A DNA stretch of 64,000 nucleotides. Origin: Octopus vulgaris (lineage: Eukaryota). Position 1 is the stretch's first letter; each line of letters begins with the position of its first letter. This document shows positions 26,133 to 39,445 of this stretch, one piece after another. The stretch lies in assembly GCA_951406725.2 (NCBI GenBank), contig OX597819.1, positions 95,232,001 to 95,296,000 of the forward strand, given 5' to 3'. A program made the position numbers and the translations under genes. The notes under the pieces are model-generated. The model made no database searches and was not told the DNA's origin. It saw only the letters and a program-made list of their open reading frames with translations.

Positions 26133-26898
26133 GTGAGTGTCTGTGTATCTTTGTGTATAGATGCGTATGCGCGTTTCTGTGCTTCAATATTTGCGTAAAC
26201 TGGTTAAATTCTGTCTTTATGTGATGTTAATTGTCCAACGTTCCTGAATGATCTGTTTGATCATGTTATTCATTGAATGTGTTTTAATGATTTGTTTGAA
26301 AATGCTAACTCTGAAAATTATTATGTTATGAGACTAGCAAAGCTAATAGTAGCTGCTATAAACATCCATTTTATCGATAAACAGTGATCGTTATGATGTG
26401 TGTCGCACAGAAATAAATACTGGTTTGTGCCTGAACATGTTCTCAATCGAATGACAGAAACCAGTAAAAGCTCGCTGTTGAAATCGACTGCTTTAAGAGA
26501 TTAAACCTTGGCATTTCTTTTTTAATCAAAGTAAAACAAAGCTTGATGAAATTAGTCACCTCTTGTACTGAAGGATTAAAATAATTTGGATGTCTGTCTA
26601 TTCCAATCGTACTTGTTTGGGACTTTGTTGCAGCTTCTGCTTTCACATTGTTTATATTCCGGAGCTATCATGTCGCTGCTGCTGCTGCTGCTTTTGATGC
26701 TCCTGGTAGAGGTATTCTGTTAGCTAATATTTGATTTCCGGTAAGGCATCCTGTTTACTGTTGGTATTGCACGGTTGATTAACATGTTAAAGAGTTGATG
26801 GACAAAGCATTTGCATATGTTTACACTCACACAAATTCACATACACACACACATATATATATATGTATAAACACATATGTGGGCGAGTGTATATATAC

Positions 26899-26977
<79 letters not shown>

Positions 26978-26979
<2 letters not shown>

Positions 26980-27196
26980 CGAAGTCTGCTGAAAAGTTCT
27001 TGCCTTTGGGTAAAAAAAAATACACGACGATCAGTTCATTATGACTTTATTCAACATATTCCCCTCTCAGATTCACACACTTATAGCAGCGCTCCCTCAG
27101 TTTTTCTAAACCCGCTAAAAGAATTCGGAAGGTTGGTCTTAAAACCAGAACTTTCGCGCCACCCTTAAAGCCAGGAACTTTTGAACACTCCTCGTG
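26978..27196 (-). mobile_element. Internally deleted mariner (MITE-like)
   Basis: TIRs TACGAAGTCTGCTGAAAAGTTCTTGCCTTT and AAAGCCAGGAACTTTTGAACACTCCTCGT. The minus strand keeps the transposase C-terminus GLEKLRERCYKCVNLRGEYVE*. Confidence 0.8.
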
Positions 27197-27209
27197 TGTA
27201 TCTCTTATG

Positions 27210-27302
<93 letters not shown>

Positions 27303-27305
27303 GAT

Positions 27306-27477
27306 AGATCGTTAGCCACTACACACATTTTTTTTCTCTCCTTGTTTTTTCTGTGTCCCTTTCTGTAGAAGAGCGTAGGCTCGAAACGTAAAATACTTTT
27401 TCTATTCCTGAGCGTTATACTAATATATCTGTTTGTTTTGTACACCACCTGTTTTTTGTTTTTTTCGTAAACTCTCC

Positions 27478-27481
<4 letters not shown>
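27306..27481 (+). mobile_element. Short PLE-terminus-like repeat (family E) carrying a minimal hammerhead motif
   Basis: Second copy at 53987-54193; both copies are flanked by microsatellites. Confidence 0.65.
27359..27394 (+). ncRNA. Minimal type I hammerhead-like motif, atypical core CUGUAGA
   Basis: (C)TTT-CTGTAGA-A-GAGC-GTAG-GCTC-GAAA-CG-TA-AAA. Confidence 0.5.
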
Positions 27482-27510
<29 letters not shown>

Positions 27511-27511
<1 letters not shown>

Positions 27512-27727
27512 GGCAGCAAGCTGGCAGAAATTTAGCACGCCGGGCGAAATGCTTACCGGTATTTCGTCTGCCGCTACGTTCTGAGTTCAAATTCCGCCGA
27601 GGTCGGCTTTGCCTTTCATCCTTTAGGGCTCGATTAAATAAGTACCAGTTACGCACTGAGGTCGATATAATCGACTTAATCCGTTTGTCTGTCCTTGTTT
27701 GTCCTCTTTGTGGGTAGTAAAGAAATA
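27511..27727 (+). mobile_element. SINE family A, full-length monomer
   Basis: Close match to 1832-2040. Confidence 0.9.
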
Positions 27728-27749
27728 TACATATATATATATATATATA

Positions 27750-28157
27750 GGCACAAGAGTGGCTGTGTGGTAAGTAGCTTGTTTACCAACCACATGGTTC
27801 CGGGTTCAGTCTCACTGCGTGGCACCTTGGGCAAGTGTCTTCTACTATAGCCTCGGGCCGACCAAAGCCTTGTGAGTGGATTTGGTAGACGGAAACTGAA
27901 AGAAGCCCGTCGTATATATGTATATGTATATATATGCGTGTGTGTGTTTGTGCGTCTGTGTTTGTCCCCCTAGCATTGCTTGACAACTGATGCTAGTGTG
28001 TTTATGTCCCCGTTACTTAGCGGTTCGGCAAAAGAGACCGATAGAATAAGTACTGGGTTTACAGAAGAATAAGTCCCGGGGTCGAGTTGCTCGATTAAAG
28101 GCGGTGCTCCAGCATGGCCGCAGTCAAATGACTGAAACAAGTAAAAGAGTAAAAGAG
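27750..28157 (+). mobile_element. CORE-type SINE family B, full length
   Basis: tRNA-like head (TGGCTGTGTGG...GGTTCAGTCTC), CORE-like CCTTGGGCAAGTGTCTT, internal (TA)/(TG) tract, and 3' AAAAGAGT repeats. Confidence 0.9.
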
Positions 28158-28224
<67 letters not shown>

Positions 28225-30099
28225 GTTGAGTATCTCATCGCTGTCGGGCAATTTTCACAATAGAGTGCTTTTATTTTGATTTTTTGATTTTTTATTCCGT
28301 CAGATCATGTTTTCTCTGACGTTCTTTTTCACACTGAATCCGATTTTGTGATTTATTTATTCCGGGAAAGTTTTAGAAAAATGTTACAGAGGTTCGATCA
28401 TTTTTACCCAATCAGAAAATTTAGAAGCGAGCATTTTTTTTTTTTTTTTTTGCATTATAGCTATCACAAAGTGAAAGTAGACATTTAGAACGACGACGTT
28501 TTAAGTAAAATGAAAGCAATTGCGTCATATCAAGAGAGAGGGGTGAAGCAGCATGCGTGAGCGATACGCACATACAGAGACAGAGTGACAAAGAGTGTGG
28601 TAAATATATAGTTGGGTTCTTTCTCGTAGAAATTTTTATTTTTTGATTAATTATTACAGAAAACCTAATAATTGGAACGCAGATTACGAAAATCAAATCC
28701 GTTTTTCTCGAGGACACACCGTTTCAGAGCTCTTCTGTGATATATCCACATACTTGCACACAAACATTCTCATTTATATATGCATATACGTGTGTGTGTT
28801 TGTGTTTGTGCGCGCGCGCGCGTGTATGAATGTATGGACGTATGTATATACGTATGTACGTATGTTTGTATGCATGTATTTATAAAATGAATTTATAAAA
28901 TAAACAGGTGTTATATATCCTGGTTGGTCTTCCAACCGGCCTTATATGTCATCGGGTTTTTCTAAAATGACTCGAGATGGTATAAGTGGATTGCTAGTCG
29001 TCTTCAGTCATGCATGACCGAATGATACCGCAGTTCGGGTTATAAAATTCCAGTTTATCTCACGTAAGTTAGCAAAAATAGAACTTTACACAAATCCAGT
29101 ACACCGCTGTGTCTTGCACTTTTGTGTATTTCTACCACAAAATAAACAAAAACTGTTTGTGTGTGCGTGTGTGCTCCTCTAGACATTTGTATGCGTGTGT
29201 GTGTGTGTGTGTATGTGTGAGTATAAATACATACATACAAACATACATACGTGTGCGCGTGTATGTGTGCGTGTATGTTTAATCTTGTATATATACATAT
29301 ATGTGTGTATGTCTATGTGTGTGGCTCAAAACAAACATTAATTTTAAAGTCAAGTATGTTGGAATTGGAGAATGAGTGTTGAAAAGAAGGAAAAGGCAAA
29401 ATAAACAATAGTGGAATGGAAATGTCGACAAGATTTATGTAAGTGTCAGCCTTTAGCAAACTAAAGCACAAACTGATATCACAGAAAATTATACACGAAG
29501 AAAATAAATGAAAAACATTAAAAATGATAATATAGGTGATATAATATCGCCGTCTGCGAAATTGTAAGTATACAAAAAAAATGTTAAAAACACTGAAAAC
29601 TCTTCCCATGAACTGTAATTTTGAACACATTTTAACTACGGTAATGAACAAGACAAACGATATCAGTGTGAAAAAAAAAAATATATATATATATATAGTA
29701 AAGTATATGTAGAGCTGTCTACATGTGTAAGTAACCGAACTTAAATTACATGTCAGTAGGGTTATGTTATTTACCAGAACGCCTATACGGAGTGTGTTAT
29801 GAATAAAATATGTAGACGAATAAAAGAATGGAACTTGGAATTATGTGATTTAAATCTCGCTGAGAAATTAGTTCCCGTAGTTAGGTCACAGGGTTTTTCA
29901 GTGTCTAGAAATAAGGACCAAATAAGGTACCTTTACTGTTCTAACAACTTACCAGGATTTGCTCACTTCTCTCTTTTCCTTCCAAGCAGCCGAGCGACAC
30001 TAGTGAATTCTACATATGTAAGCAAAGTTGTTTCATTTACATAACAACTCATGTTCATAACAGTACAATGTTGATGGCATGACACGTTTCCTTCATCTT

Positions 30100-30183
<84 letters not shown>

Positions 30184-30501
30184 CACTCGCGTGCTGTTTG
30201 ATCATATATGCAGAAGCCTTTTTAGCGCCTTTTAATATCCTTAAGCCGGAGACTTGACATGAATGTTTGCCATGAAGTTAACTCCGCTAATGACACCCAA
30301 TGAACTGGTAGTAATGCTAAGCCGAGTGATGAATCAACTCAATCATCCTCAGAACGCAAATACTGCAAAACATATCGTTCTAATAATTTTCCAAATCCAC
30401 CGCTTTTGACTGATACTTTATGTGATCGACACCGAAAGAATGAAAACAAAATTGCTCTTGGTGTGATTTAAATTCAATGAGTAGAAAGCCAGAACAAATA
30501 C

Positions 30502-31100
30502 CTATTTCTTTACTACCCACAAGGGGCTAAACACAGAGAGGACAAACAAGGACAGACAAAGGGATTAAGTCGATTACATCGATCCCAGTGCGAAACTGGT
30601 ACTTTATTTATCGATCCCGAAAAGATGAAAGGCAACGTCGACCTCGGCAGAATTTGAACTCAGAACGTAACGACAGACGAAATACCTATTTCTTTACTGC
30701 CCACAAGGGCTAAACACAGAGGGGACAAACAAGGACAGACAAAGGGATTAAGTCGATTACATCGATCCCAGTGCGAAACTGGTACTTTATTTATCGACCC
30801 CGAAAAGATGAAAGGCAACGTCGACCTCGGCGGAATTTGAACTCAGAACGTAACGACAGACGAAATACCTATTTCCTTACTACCCACAAGGGGCTAAACA
30901 CTGAGAGGACAAACAAGGTCAGACAAACGGATTAAGTTGATTACATCGACCCACTGCGTAACTGGTACTTAATTTATCGACCCCGAAAGGATGAAAGGCA
31001 AAGTCGACCTTGGCGGAATTTGAACTCAGAATGTAACGGCAGACGAAATATCGCTAAACATTTCGCCCGGCGTGCCAACGTTTCTGCCAGCTCGCCGCCT
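30502..31100 (-). mobile_element. SINE family A head-to-tail trimer with 13-bp TSD
   Basis: Three units of about 185 bp with a single head at about 31050-31100. Direct repeat CCAGAACAAATAC at 30489-30501 and 31105-31117. Confidence 0.9.
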
Positions 31101-32287
31101 TATACCAGAACAAATACAGTAAGACATCTCGTCCGACGTTGTAACAATTTCACCAATTTTCTACTCTGCACGTATACTTTATTATTTAATCGGCCCCGGA
31201 AATTTAAAAGACAAAGTTGATCTTCACGGGATTTGAACTCAGAACGCAGAGATCACGGTTTATGAATATATATTATAGATAATTTAATCATATATTTAAA
31301 AAGTTTGTACACATACAAAAGTCATATTTTTCACTATCCACTACTTAAACACGCTGCTACGCACACTCGGCAGCAAGTATTAAAACACAACGTAATCTTT
31401 TTTTCTTTTCTTTCTTTTTTTTAAACAACTTAACACGAAGCTGTTTCTCGGTATGTTTCGCTAATTCAAGATTTGAAACTGAGACATCGTCTGTAGAGTT
31501 AAATCATTTTCGTTGCATTGAAATCGACTGAATAATTAGCCACGGAGCCTACTTTCACACCAAGACTGAAGATTTCAGATATGACTTCATAGTTGAAAAA
31601 AGTACCAGAGATCTATACAGATCAAATTTTTATATATAAAAGATGGAGGTGTTATTTCCACATCCATCTTATATATATATATTACTGTGATGTACTTGCA
31701 TAGCAAGTGACTTGATCTGAGATCGTGTGCTGGAACGAAAACAATTGCAGCAGCGTGGAAGGTGTTTATAAGCCATTTAAGAAACACACAAAAAACCGTT
31801 AGATTCACTTCAACATTTAATTTTAATTTAATTTGTCATATATATATATGAATCATTTGTGGAAGAAATGTTGTGTTGCTGCAACTTTTGTATCATTATT
31901 ACTAGTATCATTGCAGTTTGTATCTTTGGGTTTCCCGGTACCATAATCCTACCATTTTGGTTGATTAATTTAACGATCGCTTGGTCGCTGGTTGTCTTTA
32001 GCAGGATCCTTTCTGTTGCAAGCATTCAGACCAGATTCCCAATCTGAGGGTGGCTTCCTCCCTATTGCCTACCGGTTTCAGAGGCTCTAAAAAAGATTAT
32101 AAGCACAGTCCTTCTTCCTCTGAATAAACAGCAAAATGTCTGTAAATTCCCTCTTTGACCTTCATTAAGCTGCAGTTATATCTCATGTGATAAAAATAGA
32201 CTGTTTTTAAATGTCAGAATGCGAATAAGACATAGATGAGAAATGTTAACTGCCACAACTAACCAATGTAACGTCTTTGCTAATCAT

Positions 32288-32302
32288 ATCTATCTATCCG
32301 TC

Positions 32303-32333
<31 letters not shown>

Positions 32334-32390
32334 CTATCTGTCTGTCTGTCTGTCTGTATGTCTGTATGTCTGTCTATCCATCTATCTATG

Positions 32391-32442
<52 letters not shown>
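32288..32442. repeat. (TATC)n/(TGTC)n microsatellite
   Basis: Visible tetranucleotide array. Confidence 0.95.
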
Positions 32443-33286
32443 AATATAAATACTGCATAACCTAACCATCACCACTTAATCGTTATAGCGACCACCGCAC
32501 CTCAAGAGCAGTAAACAGACTTCTTTCCACCTGGAGATCCTAATAATACCGGGATATGTACGGAGTTGTATCCTGTGCTTTCCAAACTCATTAAAATAAT
32601 AGAAGCCATTGACTAAAAGCGTCCTCAGTAATTATTTCATTTTAATATTCTCTGCATTAAATAACACTTAAGTAATATAACTACATAAATATGGACAGCC
32701 AACATTCCTCTTTGATCCCACCTCTATGCTGAAAGAACCTGGTTACTTAAAGTTATATTTAAAATCTCAAGCATGTAGCACAAAAGAATAAATGTTGGTG
32801 TGAGGAAAGATATTTAAAGTCGTTTCCTCACTGACAAATCATGACGCAGGAATAAGAAAAAGATCGATAATCTTTTGCCAATTAGACATCAACTAGTCAT
32901 CATCGAACGCAGCACGATTTTAAATGGATCAATGGAATGTTATGTAATATTCAAACAAACCGACATACTTTAGTAAAAATTTCGAGATTTTGTCAAAATA
33001 GTAATAGAATCATAACATTGAAATGAAACGTAAACAAACACGGCCAGCAGGGAGTTTACAAAATGTTACATGGCTGTACGGAACTTCAACTATAAGACTG
33101 TCATCAGTGAATAATTTCTGTTTCGCTGATGTACCATCTGAAGAATTCTTCTCCGCCTGCGGACAACTTGAATTGATGGAAATATTACTTGAGTAATATT
33201 TACTCCGCTAATATGCATTCTCTCTCTCACACTCTCTCTCACAATCTCTTCTTTTTATCTCTCTCCATCTGTATGTGTCATACATA

Positions 33287-33344
<58 letters not shown>

Positions 33345-33353
33345 TACGTGCAC

Positions 33354-33401
<48 letters not shown>

Positions 33402-33684
33402 ATATATACGGATAAATAAATAAATATATATATATATATATTCTCAATCTTTTTCTTTCTTTATATAAACATACATACATACATCTATACATACATGCAT
33501 ATATACATACAAATACATATATACGTACATACGTACATATATACATATATACATGCGCTTACACACATTGCAATGTACGAGTTGTAAAGTATACTGAAAT
33601 ATACTTTATATTGTGCAAACATTATCTGATATAGAACTGAATAGGTAGAGTGGAGACATATGCTTATTATATGAAAAACTGAGT

Positions 33685-33767
33685 CTACTCCGAGTTTCGC
33701 CCCCGACCGAACTTTTTCACGATTGCCGTGAGCAGCTCAGCCTCTGGCGAAACTCGGAGTAGCAGTC
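33685..33767. repeat. 17-bp perfect inverted repeat
   Basis: CTACTCCGAGTTTCGCC (33685-33701) and GGCGAAACTCGGAGTAG (33746-33762). Confidence 0.9.
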
Positions 33768-34039
33768 ATTGTGTGTGTGTGTATACATACATGCATGCAT
33801 GCATGCATACATACATACATACATACATACATACATACATACATACATACATACATACATACATACATACATACTCACTTACGCACATACGCATGATAGT
33901 TTGTCCGTCAGATTTCATGATGACCTAGCATCTGCTAATAAATATATAAATAAGAGAGAAAGAAAAGAGAAGAGGAAGATGCTTAAAAATATGTTCGTTT
34001 ATTGGGGATCAATAAAAACAATGATTTCCACAACACGAC

Positions 34040-34800
34040 ACTTAGATAAGGGTCCATCCATGCAGGGAACCAGGCACACCTGCTCCCGCCTATATTACAC
34101 TTCCTGTGCGCCTGAAGCTACAGAAGTGTTTTATTTTATTGTCGCAAATATATGATAACCGGACCTTCAGCAATGAAAGAGTTGCTGCATGTGACTCTTT
34201 CAAGAAGTTTCAGCCGTCAGTAATCAATGATGGCGATAGCTAACTACGAAGCATTTCCACAAGAGTCACAGACATTTCGTAGGGAAAGAACCGCATTTGA
34301 CTCCATTTACAGTACAGTTTCTGTGCACCAGAAACTACAAAAATGGTGGTATATCGTTGCTACAAATGTGCGGAAAATTCCAACCGCCACAGATGTCAAG
34401 GTCTGTCAGTCGTTTGCCAAGCAGTCTTCCCCGCTTGACATGAGTCAAGGTTATATTTATGTGAGAAAGAGTTATAATCACGTCAGAATCCTTCTCTTGT
34501 TATCGCACAATATTCCCAGTGGCAAGATAAAGTCAAGACAGCTGACCTTGCATGAGAATGCAGGAGGTTGCCAAAATGGCTGTAAGGATCTCTAATCCTC
34601 ACAGTAAATTCTATTGCGCCAAAGTCATTATACATCGCACTGGATGTCTGCTCTGCATCATGTCTTGTAACCAGACATCACGGTATACTGTCATCTATTC
34701 TAGTTGCTCCTCACCCCATTGGCCTTTTGCCGTCAATTTCGAAGTTCTTGAGATGAAGGATATTTATTTCTTCCATTTCTTCCATGCCTCATTTGAAGGA
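34040..34800 (-). pseudogene. Possible very decayed RTE-type LINE reverse transcriptase
   Basis: Minus-strand fragments GKRLTDLDI (TDLDFADD-like) and LHGWTL (LYGCETWTL-like) occur in the expected order. Confidence 0.35.
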
Positions 34801-34999
34801 AATGCAAGCATGCCACTGAGCGAAAATATTTAATATATACATGTTATTGGAGAGCGATTCACTCCACTGAGTTCAGTCGCCCTAATTATGAACGTACACA
34901 CACACACACTGTCTCTCTCTCTCCCACACACACACACACATACAAACACACACAAACACAAAAACAAGCACACATACACACACACACACACACACACAT

Positions 35000-35057
<58 letters not shown>

Positions 35058-35059
<2 letters not shown>

Positions 35060-35218
35060 CGAGCTTCTTTCAGTCTCCGTCTACCAAATCCACTCACAAG
35101 GCTTTGGCGATCCGAGGCTATAGCAGAAGACACGTGCTCAAGATACCATGCAGTGAGACTGAACCCGGAACCATGTGGTTGGAAAGCAAGCTACTGACCA
35201 CACAGCCGCTCCTGCACC
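35058..35218 (-). mobile_element. CORE-type SINE family B, 5' half
   Basis: Reverse complement of 27750-27910. Confidence 0.85.
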
Positions 35219-35507
35219 AGATTAGTAAACAACATAAAGATATATTCTCGTAATTGTTTCAAAATATCTATATATTCTTTTAAAATATCCAAATTGTAAT
35301 GATAAAAGTATTTCGAACTGAAAATCTGTGAATGTCGAAGCACCTCAGGATAAACAATATTTATTGTGTAATTTTTTTGTTGGTGTCGAAATGAATAAAT
35401 TGTTACTGCTTCCAAGTCGCGAGCAAGCAATATAGAGTTAGCCGTGGGAGAAGTATGTAGTAGAGAGATGAAGTCAAACTACCTTGAGGGATTGACCCTG
35501 AGATTTG

Positions 35508-36110
35508 TTAATTGAAATACCAAAACTTAGATATGAGAGGAATTTTTGGAATAAAATGACTTTCTCTTTTGTGACTACCTTTTATGATTGCTGCCTGTAG
35601 GATATGGGACTTCATGGAAGTAATAACTAAGCGAGTTCCATTACATAGATGAGATGGGTCAAGATTCCTAAGCAACATAATAGAAGCACCCAGTTTTAAT
35701 GTCAAGTTATGCAGTGGCATTCCAGTGGGTTTAAGTGTGTTCAGAAATTCAACAGGGTATTGAACAACCTGATCTTGATTGACTGTTGTCAATTGATCGA
35801 AAAGTCATTTTTGATGTATCTATTAACTTCTGGAGAAATTTATGATTGAGTTTATCAACCATTTCATTAGTTGGAGCCAGTATAGCTGTTTCACATAGCT
35901 AGTTTACATCAGTGTAATTGACAGATAAATTAGGAAATGCTTTATCCATAAGCTCCCTAAGAGAAAGTATCATTTGATCGCATGTAATTTCATGTAGCTG
36001 AAGTCTTGAGTTGAATGTTAATATCCCATTACCAATTTTAAGAAGCTTGTATAGAAGTACTTTCATGTTGCTTGTAAGATTAAGTTTTTTCACATGTCAC
36101 CAAAGGTACA
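35508..36110 (-). pseudogene. Helitron Pif1-family helicase fragment
   Basis: LTSNM..LLKIGNG, AILAPTN, and YPVEFLNTL.PTGMP.HNLTLKLGASIMLLRNLDP..LCNGTRL...IPKIPL are Helitron/Pif1 motifs, broken by stops and frameshifts. Confidence 0.9.
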
Positions 36111-36583
36111 TATACTAGGACAGACACAGAGATACATACGTTCACGTACACCTCAAGCATATCTATGTCAGTCTGTGTGTGTGTGTCTCTCTCTCTCTCT
36201 CTCTCTCTCTCTTTATATTTGTGTATGAGTGTGTGCGTGTGCGTGTGCGAGTGTGTGTGTGTGTGTCAATCGTTACAAAAATGCATGTATATTCCCACAC
36301 ACACACTGACATACACTCACACACATATACTTCTCAGTCATCGTCCTAAAGTACATAAGGAACACGCAAACACAAACACACACATACTCACAGACACATA
36401 CACACTCATATAGAAAATATGACGTCGTCGTCGTGATATAAAATGTCGTTTACAATAGTTGACTTATAGAAAGATTATAATGTTAAATTTTTGTAATACA
36501 AATATGTAAATGAAAATGAAGTTTATTTGGTAGCTGAAAGGTATCCCATACGTCAAGATACCCCATACGTCAAAATTTTGATA

Positions 36584-36779
36584 CCCCATACGTCAAAATC
36601 GGAAACTAAATTTAGAATGCATAAGGAATATGCGTGCGCGCACACAGACACACATACGCACACACGCATGCACGCACACACACACAAACCCTGTGTATGT
36701 GTGTGTGTGCGTATGTGTGTGTGTGCACGTATGTTCCTTATGCATTCTAAAAGTTAGTTGCCGATTTTGACGTGTGGGG
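36584..36779. mobile_element. TA-flanked foldback MITE
   Basis: TA|CCCCATACGTCAAAATCGGAAACTAAATTTAGAATGCATAAGGAA pairs with TTCCTTATGCATTCTAAAAGTTAGTTGCCGATTTTGACGTGTGGGG|TA. The inner arms are (CA)n and (TG)n. Confidence 0.8.
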
Positions 36780-36967
36780 TATTAAAAGATTCAGTAATCA
36801 TTTGGCTACCAAATAAACTTTATTTTCAATTACATATTTGCATATATATATATCCTGTATACATAAATATATGGGTATGTGAGTATATACATATATGTAT
36901 ATATATATACACCTATATATATATATGTATGTATACATATATATGTATGTATGTATATGTATGTGTG

Positions 36968-37006
<39 letters not shown>

Positions 37007-37499
37007 CATAAGCGCACACATGTGTGTGTGAAATAAAAACGCCAACAATAATAACAAACAACATCTACTACGACTACTACTACTACTACTACTACTATTA
37101 CTACTACGACTACTACTACTGCTGCTGATGATGATGAACGACAATTGACAGAAAGACAATAGATGAGATGCACAGAGTCTACTTACATACTCAATGATAT
37201 AACGTTGTTTGAAGAGTTAGTGACTACTGCAGGTTTGTCAGTTAACGCGCGCGCGCGCGCGTGTGTGGTGTGTGTGTCTGTGTGTGTGTGTGTAGTGTTG
37301 TCTGACAGATTGTCTAACAAGAGTTGACGAAAGATAATTTAAACAACACCTGATCGTATGTCGTATAACATCGCGTCAAAACTGCAGCCTTGTCCTTGTA
37401 ACATTTCCCCTGAATTACATGCTTCATCGTTGTATGGGAATAAAATAAGGAAACTTCAATATATAAAGATATATAAATATACGTAAGTATATGCATATA

Positions 37500-37581
37500 T
37501 ACATAGATAGCTCACAGACAGGCAGGCAGGCCTACAGACAGACAAACAGACAGACAGATAGCCAGGCAGATAGATAAATAA

Positions 37582-37669
<88 letters not shown>

Positions 37670-37679
37670 ATAGACAGAC

Positions 37680-37712
<33 letters not shown>

Positions 37713-37714
37713 TA
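37500..37714. repeat. (GACA)/(GATA)n microsatellite
   Basis: Visible array. Confidence 0.95.
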
Positions 37715-38299
37715 CGAACGTACATATATATGTACAGAAATATAGACATATATTTACATATACCCCATGTAATTACATTGATTATAATCACACTTAAGTT
37801 ATTGTTTGCATATCTAATGAACATTTAGTGATCATAAAAACATCTACTTATAAATATATTTATGCAGTGAATAAAACACATGACCGTAATACTTAATATT
37901 GTTTCACTAATTTTGAGACTTTCTCAGCAAACCATAGACTTCAGCACTCAAACCGAAGTAATGGCGAGATAATTACTATCTCCTTAGTGATAGAGTATCG
38001 TCCATAATAAGGCAAGGAAAATTAGCATCTTTAAACTGATGTCGGATGTTTCAGATTGTCTCATTGATTTATGCATGCGTACATATATGCATAGATGTGT
38101 ACATATGCATATACTGGTTTCAAAGTTTGGCCCAAGACCAGCAATTTCGGGTGAGGAGTTAAGGCGATTACATCGACCCCACTGCTCAAATGGAACTTAT
38201 TTTATCCACCCAGAAAAGATAAACGCCAAAGTCGACCAATACAGAATTTGAACTCGTATTTTTACTGTTCCACTCACAGATTGAACTTGTAATGTACGA

Positions 38300-39277
38300 A
38301 TCAGCAGGTCAATTTCTTTTTCTGAAAATCCCGGTTTATTCAGATTCTCTTTTAAGCGTTTACTAACAAAACCTAGTGCTCTTATTATTATTGGTATGAA
38401 TATGAATTCATAGTCTGGATATAGAAGCTGGAGGTTTCGAAGCAGTTGTCCATAGATATCCTCGTTTTCTTTGATTTTTCAAAGAGATATTTATATCTGC
38501 AAGACAGCTGATCGTTATGATTGTACATACCTTGGCTCCTCTGTTCCAAACAACAACGTCCAGCCTGTTATGCTTACATTTGACCGAAGTTTTGATGGGA
38601 ATATTCCACTAGTATTCCTTGAGTTGGTATTTATGAATGTATTCCATAACAGGGGGGATTTTCTAAGTTTATTTCAGGACAGTCTTTTTTGCGGATAGCA
38701 TTGTAAATTGTTTTAGCAACAACATCGTGCCGCATAGAAAGGTAGTACCGTGACGACATTTTAGGACAGCTGCTAATCACATGCGTAATTTCTTCTACAG
38801 AAACATGGTATAGCCTATACATGCGGTTGCACCTTGGGATTACAAGAGCGTCACTGTCTCTCTTCTTCACCAAGTATTTTGTAGCAGTCTCCTGTTCTTG
38901 GATTGCAAACGCATAGCCTTCAAAGTGACGCTGCGCTTCGTGTCAATTCTACTGTTTTCTTCAAGCTTCCGGGCAACATACCCATACGTGGTCTTTTTTA
39001 GTATGCTGAGTGCTTTCCATCCAGGTCTTCTCTGAGGTAAGAGAGCCCAGCTGTTTTGGGGCTGTATAGGAGATCATCAAGAGGAAAGTGTTTCTTGAGG
39101 AGTTCACAGCCAACTTGTACAATGTTGCTCACTTCACTTTTGAGGACTGCATTAATATATTTATTTTGCCGCTGTTGTTTAGCAGGTGTTGCCCGAGTGA
39201 TACCATACGGCATTCGAAGGCCGTCTGCACTGATCTCAGTCTTCTACCACCTTTATTTCTTTTTAGCTAGAGCCTAA
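38300..39277 (-). pseudogene. RLE-type non-LTR retrotransposon fragment (CCHC plus PD-(D/E)xK-like endonuclease), same family as 24935
   Basis: FAIQEQETATKYL, EEITHVISSCPKMSSRYYLSMRHDVVAK, YWWNIPIKT..KCKHNRLDVVVW, YGQLLRNLQLLYPDY..IPIIIRALG. Confidence 0.85.
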
Positions 39278-39445
39278 GTATGTATGTATGTATGTATGTA
39301 TGTATGTATGTATGTATGTATGTATGTATGTATGTATGTATGTATGTATGTATGTATGTATGTATGTATGTATGTATGTATGTATGTATGTATGTATGTA
39401 TGTATGTATGTATTTATGTATGTATGTATGTTTGTATGTATGTAT
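39278..39445. repeat. (TATG)n microsatellite
   Basis: Long, nearly pure array. Confidence 0.97.

Noticed and set aside
28221-28250. Third Helitron 3' end (ACTAG plus hairpin)
   Set aside because: The hairpin pairing is poor and no 5' end could be defined.
35508-36110. Host PIF1 gene
   Set aside because: It is intronless, disrupted and truncated, with motifs typical of Helitron-encoded helicases.
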